Shown one piece after another: positions 23,195 through 40,007 of a stretch of DNA of 64,000 nucleotides (position 1 is the stretch's first letter; each line of letters opens with the position of its first letter). The stretch lies in contig OZ024740.1 of the NCBI GenBank assembly GCA_964016885.1, positions 314,402,001 through 314,466,000 on the forward strand. Direction: 5' to 3'. The DNA is from Eledone cirrhosa. Lineage: Eukaryota. The notes under the pieces were generated by a model. It did no database searches, was not told where the DNA came from, and saw only the letters and a program-made list of their open reading frames with translations. The translations under genes were made by a program, and so were the position numbers.

Positions 23195-25006
23195 CCTCTT
23201 ATTTTTCTTTGTGTGGGTGCGGTGTGTTTTCTTTTTTCGTTTTATTTTTTGGAAGCGTTCCCCCTCGTCTTCTGACGTTAAGGGATCCTCTTCCATGTTG
23301 GGGGGGGGGTATATTTTGGGGTTTTGTTATGTGTGTTGTTGGAGTTGTTTTAGGTGGGGAGGGGTTGGGTGGGACCGAGTTCAGTTTTTTGTTGACTTGT
23401 TGTGTTTGTTGTTTTGGGGTGGTGGTGGTGGTGGTGGTGATTGTGTTTTTGTTTGTAGAGTTGTTTTGGGTGTGGGGGGGTTGGGTGGGACCGAGTTCAG
23501 TTTTTTGTTGACTTGTTGTGTTTGTTGTTTTGGGGTGGTGGTGGTGGTGATTGTGTTTTTGTTTGTAGAGTTGTTTTGGGTGTGTGGGGGGGGGTCCGCG
23601 TTCAGTTTTTTGTTGACTTCTGTTTGTTGTTGTTGTGGTGGTGGTGGCGTTGTTTTTGGAGGTGTTGGCAGTAAAGGTTTTTTAGTTTGTTGAGGACAGG
23701 CAGCCCTCAGGTGACCTCTGCCTCCACAGAGGTAGCAAGCGGGTCGCCTACCCTCAACTGCAATGTTCATAAATTGGGAGTCTTCCAGGGACACTCTTTG
23801 GGGTATCTTTGCGATACGTTCTGGTTTCATTCGAACCAAGACCTGTATGCCTATACCGCCAAAGTGGCCCCTGGTGGCTTTGCCTATATCAAGGAGTTCA
23901 TCTTCGTCGTCCAGTATCCTTCCTAGTATCCACCACATATTTGTATTTGGATGTATACCGGAGATTGTTATTTTTTTAGTTTTCTTCCACATGTAGGTGG
24001 GGAAGAAAGTGCACTGTTTGGACACAATTGGCGACACCGAGTATTTTTCGACCACCAATTGGTCCTTCATCAAAATTATCAGACTCCCATATAACTTCCC
24101 TCTCTCAATAAAAAATCATGTCCTTCAACGCGTCTTTTAACACCAGCTCAATTTCGCTATGCTATAATTGAGTTGGTTTTTTCGACGCATCTGATATAGT
24201 TCTAAAATTAATTGTCCTTAGGACCGTGTCTCTTTTAATATCCTTAGAGGAGATTATGGTGAATTCACCGTTTTCACCAAAGCTCATCTGTTTTCTCCCC
24301 TCTTTTAGCAATTCCGCTGCATTACTGATGTCAACTGGGGTGAAAGTTTCGGTCTCCTTAACGACCTGGGCAAAGGATATTCGTGTAGTGGGGTCTTTTT
24401 TGTGTGTTTCGTTGCTGTTGTTCTTGTTTTCTTGAGTGTTTGCGTTTTGGTTATCGTTGTTTGCGATACAGTTTTTTGGGTTTTCACCCATATTTTCGTG
24501 TTTTGAGTTCACATTTATGTTGTTTTCTTTGTCATTGTTGCTGCTGTTTTCGCTTTTGTGTGTGTTTGTGTTATTTTCTTTGTTATTTGTGTTGGTGTTG
24601 TTGGTGTCAGTGTAATTTATACATTCTTTCAATTTACTATTTCTATTGTTTGGGTTATTACCCAAGTTTTTACAATTGTTCGCCAAATCCACTTCCATAC
24701 TGGCATGCGAAAGCGAGAGAAGGGAAGCTTCAGTAGGTTGAGTTACTTGTTGCTCTTTATCACTTTCCCTGGGGGGCGTGGCAGTTGTGTTTTCATGTAT
24801 GGTGTCCATTATTGTAAGTTGGTACACAAATTTTTCAAAGTAGTTTTTACCCCCCAAAAGGAGTAAAAATAAAATAACCACCTGTCTGCAAGTCCAGGCA
24901 GGAGGTTAGGTCACACAAATAAAACAAATGAAACACAAACTCACAGTCAAAAACGTAATACAAATCCAAAAGGCTACAGCCGAAGTAACACCCGTCTACT
25001 ACCAGC
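23195..25006 (-). mobile_element. 5' portion (5' UTR and frameshifted ORF1) of a Tx1-clade LINE
   Basis: ORFs 24162..24881 and 23381..24073 are homologous to 18191-19381 (ISFAQ, DISNA, VEGRRP, CYLCGGRGHLRAAC). Starts next to (GATA)n at ~25008 and is truncated at (TA)n. Confidence 0.85.
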
Positions 25007-25032
25007 GATAGATAGATAGATAGATAGATAGA

Positions 25033-28000
25033 TTTCTTTATTTGCCACAAGGGCACACAACAAACGGGGAAAATACCAAAACACATGCCGTTGATTTTAC
25101 ATACAGTCGTGTAAAAATATTGAAACAAACAATTATAACAATCGAAATCCCCAATAGGGGGGAGGCGCCACAAATGGGTTGTTTAATACCCGGTCGATAG
25201 AACAACCCTCAACTTCAGGAGCGTGTTGTGCAAGTGCTCCTTTCTTCCTTTTGCTCTCTTCTTTCACCTACAGGCTTATAAATAGAGAAGGCCCAATCAC
25301 TCGGGCCATTTTCGCTTCATTCACCCACCTTTCAGTAAATTTACTGGGGTGCAGTGCCGCTCTCTCCCCTCTGATTCTCCTTCTAAAGTGATATCTAAAG
25401 AAGGGAATCAATTGTTGTCCGGAGAGAAAGGCATCTATCCTCAGTCCTCTCAATCTCGTCCACCATATAACCTCTTTCACCATAGCCACTGTACAGAGGA
25501 AAACCGCCTCTCTTTCGTTTTTGAAAGAGGCTGGCGGTTTGATCCTTACTATGGACTCGACAGTCAACTGGATCTGTCCCATACGCGACAGCAGTTGTTC
25601 TGCATAGTTCCACAGGTCGCTTACGCCCGGGCAGTGTACAATTGTGTGCAAAACGGTTTCAATGTCCTGCTCGCATCTTGGACACGTCCTCTTGGAAGGA
25701 TCCCTGCCGGGGCGTCGGTGTCTGTAGATCTTGTCTCGAACGGTTAGAGCTCCTCGGTAGCACTGCCAGGCCAGGGACCTCTGGAAGTTGTCCATAGGTC
25801 CCGGGCGGAAAGTCCTACCGAACAGACTGGTAAGCTCGTCGTCTTCGACGCATAGAGTCTCCCCGAACACGTTGTCGCACTTGTAAAGTACTAACCCTCT
25901 ATAGAATGTCGAAGTGGAGTCTCCACTGATTGCTGTGCCCACTTGACAGAGGACTGTGAGCGGTGGGGACATTCAATATGCCAGGCGCCCATCTTCTTCG
26001 GTCTTCCCTTGACCCAGGACTGCAGCTCCGTCAGCGAGACAAGTTGTGGGAAGGCCTGTCTCACAAACGGTTTGCACACCGGTTGGTCGGTGAGGAATAC
26101 CTGGAGATGCCGTAGCCTCAGCGCATGTTTGCGCATCATTAGCCACGGCATGCCCAGCCCTCCGTTGGAAGGGTGTTGACAGCAGACGGATCTCCTCACC
26201 AGTGGAGTGTGCTTCTTCCACAGGAACTGAAAGAGCATGCGTTCCATCTTGGTGAGGTATTCACGGGGACAAGGCACGACAGTCAAGCGGTAGTAGATGA
26301 CGGACGCTATGAAAGTGTTCGCCCCCTCCGCTGGACCTTTCAAAGACAGTTTGCACTCTGTCCACTTCTGGGTGAGCGCAAATATCTTGGCCATGACCTC
26401 GTTCCAGTCTTTCTCCACCTGGAGGTCTGGACTGAACCAGACCCCGAGCAATTTCACTGGTCCTTCCGTCCAGCGTCCGACGGCGCTGTCGGACGGCATC
26501 GGTTTGCCTCTCCACGTTCCGAGTTGCAAACCGACAGACTTGTCCTGGTTCAGCTTTGCGCCTGTGAACCTTTCGTATTCCTGTAGTAGGTTGCCGATTA
26601 CCTCGATTTCCGAGGTTTTCGACACCATTACTGTCACGTCGTCAGCATAAGCCGACGCCGCTTTTAGCAGTCCCGGTTCTAAAGGGATACCCTGCAATAA
26701 CTCCAACTTCCGCAGTTGTGGCTCTAGAGTCAATACGTACAGAATGGAGGAGAATTGGCATCCCTGTCGAATGGAACGCGTGATTGCGAACGGCTCCGAT
26801 AGGTAGCCGTTCACCTTTGATTTAGAGCAGATGCTGGTGTGCATCGCCTTGATCCAGCCTCTGAAAACGGGACCGAAACCGGCCGCCTTGAGAACCGCTT
26901 CCAAGTATCGATGGTCGCCCCTATCGAATGCCTTAGACTGATTTAAATTGATCAGAGCCCCACCGAAGCCGGGTTTACAACCCACCCTCTCTATGATGTA
27001 TCGCATGAGGTGGAGGTTGTTGTGCATGGACCTGGTCGGGATTGCACACGTTTGTGCTTTTCCTACCAGGTTTTCGACGACAAGCGCCAGCCTCTTTGCT
27101 AGCACCTTGGCCAAAATCTTTAACTCTGTGTTGAGCAGAGTTATGGGCCTGAAGTTGTTAATTTCGTTCCCCTTGTTCTCGTCTTTCCTGATCAGCGTTA
27201 CTACGCCCTTGCCTGCAAAACTGGGAATTCTCCCGTTCTGCTGCCAATTGCAGTAGACGGCTTCGAGGACGCTAGAGAACAAGTCCGGCATGCCTATGTA
27301 AAACTCATAGGGTAGACCATCTAGACCGGGTGACTTGCGTTTCCCGCAGCTGCCCAGAGCGTCCCGCATCTCAGTGACTGTGATCGGTCTTTCGCAGAAC
27401 TCGGCGTCCAAGCTTGAGAGCCGCAGCAGGCCGTCGAGGTATGAACCAGAGTCCATTGCCCCGTTCGGTGCACTGTCGTTCTGCTCAAACAGTCGCGCAA
27501 AATGCCGCTGAAAGGCCGCGCACATCTGCCTGGGGTCAAGTAGCACGTGTCCGTTTTGGTCTTTCAAAGACCGAATCGTGGACTTGTTGCCACTTTTCAC
27601 TTCCGCCACTCGGGCCCAGCTAACAGCTTTTGCCCCCTCGTTTCCTAGAACACGTGATTTACTTCTGACCACGCAGCCTTCGTGTTTCGCGTCGAAGAAC
27701 TGGTCCAGTGCCGTTATCGATGCTAACACTCTAGCTGCGTTGCCACTCCTAAGCGCCTCTTCTACCTTGGCTACTAGTTCTGTTTCTGATTTTTTTTCTC
27801 TAAAGCTAATTCTCTACTAAACCCTATCGATTCTACTCTAAATGCTCTCTTGAGAGAGTACCACCATCTATTGTTGACGATGGCTCCCGTCAACTCTTGC
27901 TTAACTAATCAACTTATCCGTTCACTGTAAGCTTTTCGTGCCGGCAACGACACGTTCAGCTTCCAGTATCCGGGTCCTTGTCTATGTATTCTATCACGGT

Positions 28001-28150
28001 TGACTATGCAGACGACTAGCTTGTGATCTGAATGGGCAACCATGAGCATTTGTGGACAGCTTAACATCTTCTTGTCCTTCTCTCTAATGAAAAACCTATC
28101 TAGATACGATCTAGATGTCCCGGTGCGCCTCATTGTCTTGTCTGGTGGTT
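25033..28150 (-). mobile_element. 5'-truncated Tx1-clade LINE ORF2 (APE end, RT, CCHC) and 3' UTR
   Basis: SYLDRFF...HSDHK (APE), GPGYWKLN, RT ORF 25891..27729 with AYADD, CPRC..HTIVHC. The 3' end AATAAAGAAATC runs into (TATC)n. Confidence 0.92.
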
Positions 28151-28484
28151 TCATACGAATGGCATAGTTCTAGTCCTGTAGAAGCCATTTCTATATTAAA
28201 TTTCGTTTCTCTCACCCTGCATTTGTATCGAGTGCCTTATTTACTGTGGTTACCCCCGATTCCACTCGGCATCTATATATATATAGTCAGTTCTTTCGTT
28301 GCTACAGATCACGCAGCTGGATTAGCGGTCGCTATTTTCAATTTGCAAGGCCCTTTAAACTGTATGTTATTACTCTGAGGTCTATACCTTGTCGAGTGCT
28401 TGGCTGCACTGCTGAAGGCATTCATTGGCTTAGCTGCTACTCGAACTTCGAATATGCTGTACTTTTGTATATATATTATATATA

Positions 28485-28659
<175 letters not shown>

Positions 28660-28857
28660 ATGAGTTTAAACAGCTCATAAACATAATTGGAATTCTATAA
28701 GAATCCAGCTCTTACAGCTCACAGCAAAGACAAGGGATATATAACCTTGGCAACCACTAAAAAGTGAGAAGCGATCGTCGGTTATTTCCCTTTGGCGAAA
28801 GGCCTTCAAAATATTTAAAATAAACATACGGTATATTATAAAATATACAATACGTAC

Positions 28858-28920
<63 letters not shown>

Positions 28921-29485
28921 AGATAGAAAAATGCGTACAGCAAAAAAAAGTAATATTGTTGGAATATAAACCTTTAAAAATACAGGACAAGAAACTAAAA
29001 TAAAACTTTAAACGAATAGGACAAGAAACTAAGATAAAACTTTAAAGAATTGGACAAGAAATAAAAAATGTTACAATAATATTAGTGGCAAAATTTTTAT
29101 TGGTAAAAAATCGAGTTCCACATTCATAGGCTCTGGGTTCCACATTCAGAGGTCGTCGTCAGACCGGGGGATCATTTGATCCTGGTTTGAACACCAATTG
29201 GGCCATAACCATACCCCTATTTCATCATTCGGCGACACATATATATATACGACACATATATATATATGACAGTTGTCTAACTCTGCATATATGCACATTT
29301 GCACAAACCAATAAGATAACCTATGATAATTACTCGATCTGCTAGATAAGGCAACCGAATCTCCCTCATATCGTAGTCTAACATCTTCTAAAAATATAGA
29401 ACACCCTGGACAACAGAGTCAGTGATTGCCACGTTTGGAATACCTTTAATGGTCTGTCCGTTCGATTATAGCTGACTTGCTTTAG

Positions 29486-29554
<69 letters not shown>

Positions 29555-30121
29555 GCGCTTAAACTAAATCAACAAATATTAAAGGATATTTTTATGCAAT
29601 TTATATGTAGCATTGTTTTTTAGGGAAGATCACTATTAAGCATATTTAACCACTCCTGGTTAAGTTGTTTATTTCCTTTGTTGCTCTGAACAAACCTTGA
29701 ACTGGTATCATCTCCAGACTATTTCTCATAAAACATTTAATCACATTAATAATACGGTGTTTGTCTTATTTGAAAGGGGAAAAGACATTGAAGTAGAAAG
29801 GAAGAGTGTTTCAAGTTGTCATTAGATAAGTGTTTGTCTCACTTGTTATCAGAATACTAGATCCCAGCTAACGTGGGATCCTCTTCGCTTGTGCTTCCTA
29901 TTCTTTTTGATGGACTGGAAATCCAATAAAAAATATTACTGGCGACGTTTACATGGAAAGTAAATAATAGATAGGTAGATAGATAGATAGATAGATAGAT
30001 GGATGGATACACTGGTGTGATTTCTTATTGCCTTCTCCAAGTCCAAATGAAGGTTTAAATCCTGTACTTCAAGCTAAGACAGTCAGGCTTTTGAAGCACT
30101 GAGAATATATGTATGTATGTG

Positions 30122-30216
<95 letters not shown>

Positions 30217-30702
30217 GTAATCTGAGTTTTTCGAATGTCAATAATAATATTCGATTCGTTTTCAATTATGCAAACAGCCTCTTTATAAGCCATGTCAGTA
30301 GAATGACACCGTCGTTCTTGCTCTTGTGTTGGCATGTAAACAGAACTGCAGACACTGATGTTTCTGGGTGATTACCTTTCATTAGTGCAGTATACTGCTT
30401 ACCTACCAACTGTCAGAGCTAGTGAAAATATATGATATTTTCTAAAATATACAGCGACTGATCGACCTGATTTGCATATTAGCAGTCTGTCTGATCAGTC
30501 AGATCTTCATGTTAGTAGACCCACTGACCAGCCAGATTTGCATATCAGCAGGTAGGCCAGTCAGTGTATCTATATATATACATATAAGTATAAAGAAAGT
30601 GCTCAAGCGCAGAAACGGCAACTTTTTTTTCCGTATTTTATGGATCTTCACCCTATTCTGTAAGCAATCTTTTTATCATTTCTGCACTTGAGCACTTTCT
30701 TT

Positions 30703-30928
30703 ACCCCTTTAGCATTTAAACCGGCCATATCCGGCTAGAATTCTCTCACCTCTTTCTGTTAAAATCGGCTGTAGCCAGTCACTTATACTGATGTTATGGT
30801 ATTGTTCTCAAAATAAATAGTATCAAAATCTCATAGATTCGATATTATGTGAGTTAATTATGTGAGGTAAAGCCTTTACAGTGAAAATATAATAGTAAAT
30901 ATAGAGTAGTGTAAATGCTGAAGGGTTA
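30703..30928. mobile_element. piggyBac-like MITE
   Basis: CCCTTTTAGCATTTA ... TAAATGCTGAAGGG|TTAA termini. A truncated sister copy lies at ~17365-17560. Confidence 0.65.
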
Positions 30929-30959
30929 AAGTCTAATATTTAGAAAAGATATATATATA

Positions 30960-33216
<2,257 letters not shown>

Positions 33217-34064
33217 CTAAATTATAATAAAGTAAGAAGCGCGGGACAGCGTACGGTTTATCATTTTTTATCCTATTATTAAAATAAGTTGTATTATTTT
33301 GAATAAATAATGAATGAATATTACCTAATTTATCTACTAAATTTCGTGGCTGTTCATTAAATATATTTTATTATTTATTTAAAGATTCACTTCTTTAAAA
33401 TTTTCAAATGTTAACACTTCCGGTGGCGATCGCTTAAATAAACATATTAATTTTCTGTCACTAATTTTCTCCTAATGCAGTTTATATATAATATCGGCTT
33501 TTTTTTAATGTATCATGGATTACGTTACTGATTACATAAGACAGTGTAACACAGCCTCTCTTCAATTTCTGTGTATATTGTCAATTACGATTTTATTTGA
33601 CGTATCATATCTACATGTATATATACTTGCGTATAATATCAATATACACACTACACATGCTAGCAGAAAACCACCCAAAGTATTTATAATGCTTATCTTA
33701 CTATTTATAATGCTTTTCTGCTAGTATTTATAATGCTTATGAGTCACAAGTGTATAACAAAATTATGAATAATAAGTTTTTTTTTCCAAAACGCTCAAGC
33801 ATTAATATGGATTTTTCAAGTCTTAAATTTTATTTTTTTATCTTTTAATTCGAGAAGCTACTAGATATCCGTTGCTGCTCGCCGTTTGTAAATCAGTGTT
33901 CTATATGATTATTCTACCTGCTAGAAACAGCAGCTAAATCTCCTTTAGATATTACCCAACAATTTCGAAACGGGAGAGGATACATTAGATAATGGTAGTT
34001 CTAGATGCCCCTAAAAAAATGAAAGGGCCAGACCTAGAATACTTTTTTTATTATCTGTTTGTTC

Positions 34065-34282
34065 AAGGGCGGTGGATTGGCAGAATCTGTTGAGCGTCGG
34101 ATACCATGCTTTGTGGCATAGAGTTATGGCGCTTTACGTTCTGAGTTCAAATCCTGCCGAGGTTAGCTTTGCCTTTCGTCCTTTCGGGGTCGATAACATA
34201 AAATACCAGTAACTCACTGGGGCCGATTTAATCAACTTTCCCCTCCCCAAAAATTGTTGGCCTTGTGCCTAAATCAGAGACC
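34065..34282 (+). mobile_element. Full-length SINE family A copy with ~15-bp TSD, nested in an older repeat
   Basis: ATTATC(T/A)GTTTGTTC at 34050-34064 and 34283-34297. Confidence 0.88.
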
Positions 34283-35152
34283 ATTATCAGTTTGTTCGAC
34301 CAGGCTTGACCTGAAGCTACACAACAAATGGATCTTAGTTCAATGTTTAACACTCGACTCAGAAACACCGCTACTGATGGCCAATCATAGTCAATGTGTC
34401 ATTTCTTTATACTAATGTTCAAATTCAGTATTACTCAAATTCTCCATAAGAACTATTAAACTCTTCTTAACACCAACAGCAATCCCCTCTTTAATTGTAG
34501 CACTGAAACTCTTTGTAAAATATCAACAAGGGACCACTTTAAAACAGTTGTTGTTTAGATCCAAGCAAGCCCTGGTTGAGCAATAGAACCACGATCAAAC
34601 GTTTCGCTTAATACAAAGTCTATCTAGGATTATAACATTCAATGTACCCTTCGTTCTTTAAGATGATATGATGTAATATGAGGGAGATTTGGCTGGCATT
34701 TTCTTGCATGTTAAGCGATCGCCTATAAGTTCCCTAGTTGGCTTGATTCCAGCAATGAATCCGTTCGTAATTCTAGCAGTGGATCTCATTACAATAAAAA
34801 AAATTGGTCTATTTTATAATAATATAACTAGATACCTTTACGATAAAATCTAAACCACTTCTCAATGCTATTTCTGAACCCCTTCCCAGTAAAAATATTA
34901 TCAAGACTAACATTGCATCTTGTTTCAATGCTATATCACTGAATCGACTTACATAACTATCACAGAATCTCTCCTAAATACTAATACTAATTTTATATCA
35001 CAATGCTAACAATTCATCCCAAGCTATTACGTCCAAAACCACTGAAATATGTTTCCATTCTTCCCACAATATGAATAGACACAAACACACATCTATACGC
35101 ATATGCGTGTACGCACGCACGCCCACTCATGTGCATGCGCGCGCGCGCACAC

Positions 35153-35196
<44 letters not shown>

Positions 35197-35938
35197 TAGG
35201 TGTGTAACTACAGTTACAGGCGCGCCGCCTGTAACTGTAGTTACACACAGTTACACACTCTCGTGTGAGTTGTATTCCAGAGTTAAGGCGGTTGTAGTGT
35301 GCAGAGTGTAAATAGATTAAGTAGAATCGAATAAGACTCTTATTCGACATCCAAGCCTCTGCGTCATGGCCTCGTCAGCACATCCACCCTCGCAACTTCC
35401 GCTTGCTGCTATGTAAACCCTCAGCCCCACCTATATTTGTTCAATCTCCACTCCTATAATTCAAAAGCGAGAGAAATATACACAACTTTCTAGTCAGAAG
35501 TTCCTTCGTGTTTATACAGACCCAGCTTGGCATATCCACATGCTCCTCACCTCGAGCATTACTTGTCCCTGCTTTTCCCATTCAACTTCTCTACTAGGTC
35601 ACAAGTCTAGTGACAATATGATCAACCACGTTTACTGCACTTCCTCCGCCCTAGTATTCTGCATAGTTTATAACCGTCATAGGCAAACTGCAGCCCGTTT
35701 GGCTCTCTGAGAGGTTGCCCATGTCTGGTCTACAAGATCTACGACTTATTATGTTTAAGTGAAATGATTCACCGTTTGTGAGTCAAGTATCGTGATTATT
35801 CCTGGACGTTTGTTATAACACTCAGGAAATATTCAAACCTGTAGCCTAACTCTTTAACTCGCTCAGAAATATTTCTTTCTTAGAGCTATTTTGTTGTAAG
35901 AGACTATTTTGAGTTCCTAACTCAATATATACATTTAA

Positions 35939-36074
<136 letters not shown>

Positions 36075-36626
36075 TATACATATATATATACATATATATA
36101 TACATATATACATATATATATACATATATATATTGTTATCTATCTATATATATATATATATATTGTTACACTTTGGTAGGGTCATGTTGTCATTAAAAAC
36201 ACACGCACCTGTTGGTTTTCACTTCAATTTATTATAAATTTCCGGTTGGTTGGTTGGTTCGATAACCGGAAGGTTGCTTATATATTGTCAAAACTCTTTC
36301 GTCACACATGTGACCTCTTCAGTGACTAGGTTTTTATGTTGTGTGTCTCTCCTTTGTTCTGTCCTACACCATCTTGTGCGTGTATTTTTATTGGTAACAT
36401 GACCCTCCAAAAGTATAACAATATCTGTTTCAACACACGTTTTCAGATAAGAAATCTCGCAAAACAAATTCAAAAACAAATTATATATATATATACATAT
36501 ATGGTAATATTGGGGTTTTCCAATATACAGGGGTAGTTGACCACAGCTCAACACACTTGGAACAGTTACAGTATACATTGAAACATATGTAGGATCAAAA
36601 TTATGTTTCAAGTATACTTTGGTTAT

Positions 36627-36658
<32 letters not shown>

Positions 36659-36858
36659 GGCGTTTACGCTGTCGAAATATTCGATAAATATTCCACTACG
36701 GCCGACGTGAAGCGCTAGTTTTGGTTATTTGTCGGAGATTCCTTCATAGAAGCCTCATTCGTATAGCCTGGTCTATTCGGTTTTTTATATAGTTAATTAT
36801 GCTAATTGGTAGAGGAAATAGTATATATTTTATCTTGTGATTCTATAGACATGTTTTA

Positions 36859-36929
<71 letters not shown>

Positions 36930-36933
<4 letters not shown>

Positions 36934-37102
36934 GGTGCTGAAAAGTTCCTGTCTTTTGATAATAGAAAATACAGGAGGATCAGTTAATTAATTCCCCTCT
37001 CAGAATCACACACTTATTGCAGCGGTCCTACCTCCCCTGAAAAGATAACAGCTCTACTCTTTTGCGATACCCTTAAGCCAGGAAATTTTCAGCATCCCGG
37101 TA
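36930..37102. mobile_element. Mariner-type MITE
   Basis: Imperfect TIRs GGGTGCTGAAAAGTTCCTG / CAGGAAATTTTCAGCATCC in a TA context. Confidence 0.6.
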
Positions 37103-38432
37103 TATATACACACACACACTTATCAGCAAATTCACTATTGGGAGTGGCACCTACAAACTTTACCTTATCAAACTTATTGTTATCATACTACTTACCGACC
37201 TTAACTATTTGAATATTATCTCTAACTACTCTATTCTAAAACTTGTTAAGATACGACGAGCATATCCTATGTGCATAATTTTTAGAATATTTTGAAAACG
37301 TTTCTTGGCTCCACTCTGAGCCAATCTTTTTGTGTGCAACAAGATAATTCCATTTGGAAGATAAGATACTGAATGTGCTTTCACCGTTCTTCAAGTTGGT
37401 ATATATGCATTCTTCTTTACTCTTATATGGTTTACCATTAAAATGTTTGGTAGTTTCCGACATTAGAAGCAGAGGTTCGTCGTAGCTTTTCTTTTTCTAA
37501 TGTGAGTCGGGTGTGTACTGAGTGGGTGTTCCGCTAATGATTACGTTCTTTATCCTTCTGAGATACCCAGAGGGCTAGTTAATAGTCAGTAGAACCATAT
37601 CCATATCCAGGTTCAACAAAAGAAAAAAGCCCCGAGGCTCATTAAAACTCACCAGTAACTAACTTCTAACTGTTGTAGTGGAATTGTGTCAGTGACTACA
37701 CCACAGACGTGCGGTGAAAATGTTGACGTCTCAAGAAATAAACGAAAGTGAATGTAACAGATTTTGTTACCTATTAACTGAACAAATGGTGTTAGATTAA
37801 TTCATTTGACAAACAAGTACAATTACAAAATTTGATCTAGATTTAAGTGTAAAATAAACATAATTAACAAATCTAGTGTTACATTCCAAGAAAAAAGTTT
37901 CCAAGTGGGTGGGAGATCTCCCCGTCGGAAGGGGAGAGTTGAAAGATCTACACTAAGAACCACTGCTATGCATTTATCTTTCGCTCTAACGACTCTGCCA
38001 ATTTGTTAATCAACGAAGAAAAAATAAATAAAAGTAGCTCAACCTATCTCTGTGGTTGTGTAGTTTGAATGGATGGCTAGTAGTGGTGCTCAACAAAAAC
38101 GTCTTCATTTAGTAAATAGTAAATCTACTACATTAATTTCTTTTTTTAATTTTACGCTGTATTACCAAGATTAATGTCCTCTTATAACTATATAATTATC
38201 TACGCTCTATTTTTAATTAAATTTACTTTAGTCCAGTCCGGCTTGCTGTTGTTTTAATGAATACTTAATTCCGTTCTTGCACCATTCACTGGATACCACA
38301 TCTACGATGGATGATTGCATAACCTTGAGTGCTTTAATTTATTGTATCATCCTTTACTAACCGGAACCACCCACCAGTTCTACCCATTGGTAAACAATCT
38401 AACATAAATGGTGTGTGTATATACATATATAT

Positions 38433-38895
38433 ACTAGACCTGAAAAATGCGCAAGCTCAAAAGAGCCACAGAATGTTATAATAAACCTTCAAAAATGTGG
38501 GACTAGAGTTGTTGCTCAAAAATACTGTAATCATTATCTAACGTACACTCTGTGGCATCCTTTTATAAAAAAGAGACTCATAACTAACTCAAGACGACAC
38601 GATAATTATTTAAGTTATGTTCAATATCTCATATTAGATGTTTAGTAATGCACTTAAACCGAAATGCACTTAAACCGAAATGCACTTAAACCGAATTCTA
38701 TAATATAAATTCACTTAAATAATTATCGTGTCGTCTTGAGTTCGTTATGAGTCTCTTTTTTATAAAAGGATGCCACAGAGTGTACGATAGATAATGATTA
38801 CAATATTTTTGAGCAACAACTCTAGTCCCACACTTTTGAAGGTTTATTATACCATTCTGTGGCTCTTTTGAGCTTGCGCATTTTTCAGGTCTAGT
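38433..38895. mobile_element. Foldback/MITE with ~183-bp inverted arms
   Basis: Arms 38433-38615 and 38713-38895 are nearly perfect. The spacer holds three copies of AATGCACTTAAACCGA. Confidence 0.9.
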
Positions 38896-39684
38896 TTAAT
38901 ATTTTTTTAAGGCAACGCTTGTAATAACTCTAGTTAAACATGATATATATTAATAATAAATTATCGTTGTAATGTAATTAGATTTTATAATTGTTATTTT
39001 ATAAATGATCTTATAAATATTATTGTAAGATGTATAAAAATATTTTCAGACTTTTAATATAAACAACTACAAAAAACAATCAATATTAAATAAATATATT
39101 TTACATAATAATTGTTATAGTTGAATTAATAAAAATTAAATATTACATACAAATAGACTAACATAATAATAAAAAAATAATCTAACATAATAATAATAAA
39201 ATAATCTAACATAAAACGAACAATGATATAGACAAATATACAAGTAAATATGATACAACCAATATTATAAGTATGTTATAATGAACTGAAAAAAAAATAG
39301 TTAATATAAATTTTTAAAAATCATATATAAATGAACAATATAACTTACCAAAACGAGAAAAATATTTTGATAATAAACGACGAAATACAGGAGGAAGATT
39401 CGAAAGCGAAACGATAAATAAACGTGCAAACAAAATGGCGGATGTTTTTGACCAACAATTACTCTCGTTGGTTGATTAGCCAATAAGACGATGAAATTAG
39501 CCAATAAGACGATACATTACAAAACATGTTTGGCAGCGATCACCACGGCCAGCGACACCCCTTGAATTTTTTATTCACAAGCTACGCATATATGTCAGAC
39601 ACGCAGACTTAAAACATTCTGTTGTTAGTCACTGCGTGACTAACAGATATACACACACATATATATACACACACATACACACAT

Positions 39685-39752
<68 letters not shown>

Positions 39753-40007
39753 AGGTGTAGAGGGTGCATGAGCGTGTATGTGTGTGTGCGTGCATGAGCG
39801 TGTATATGTATGTGTGTGTGTGATTTTTATCTATCATATTATTTTCAAATCATTAATTTTTCTCTTTTGATTATTCTCTTGTGATTAAATATTTTAAACT
39901 AGTATGACTCTAGATTCAATAATTCAATAAACAAATATTTCAAACATACAACTACTTTATATATACCTAACGAATAACGTCTCCAAACGTTAAAAAATAG
40001 AGGAACG

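Noticed and set aside
35320-35390. Minus-strand CTGACGA hammerhead candidate
   Set aside because: GAAT replaces GAAA and there is no stem I partner.
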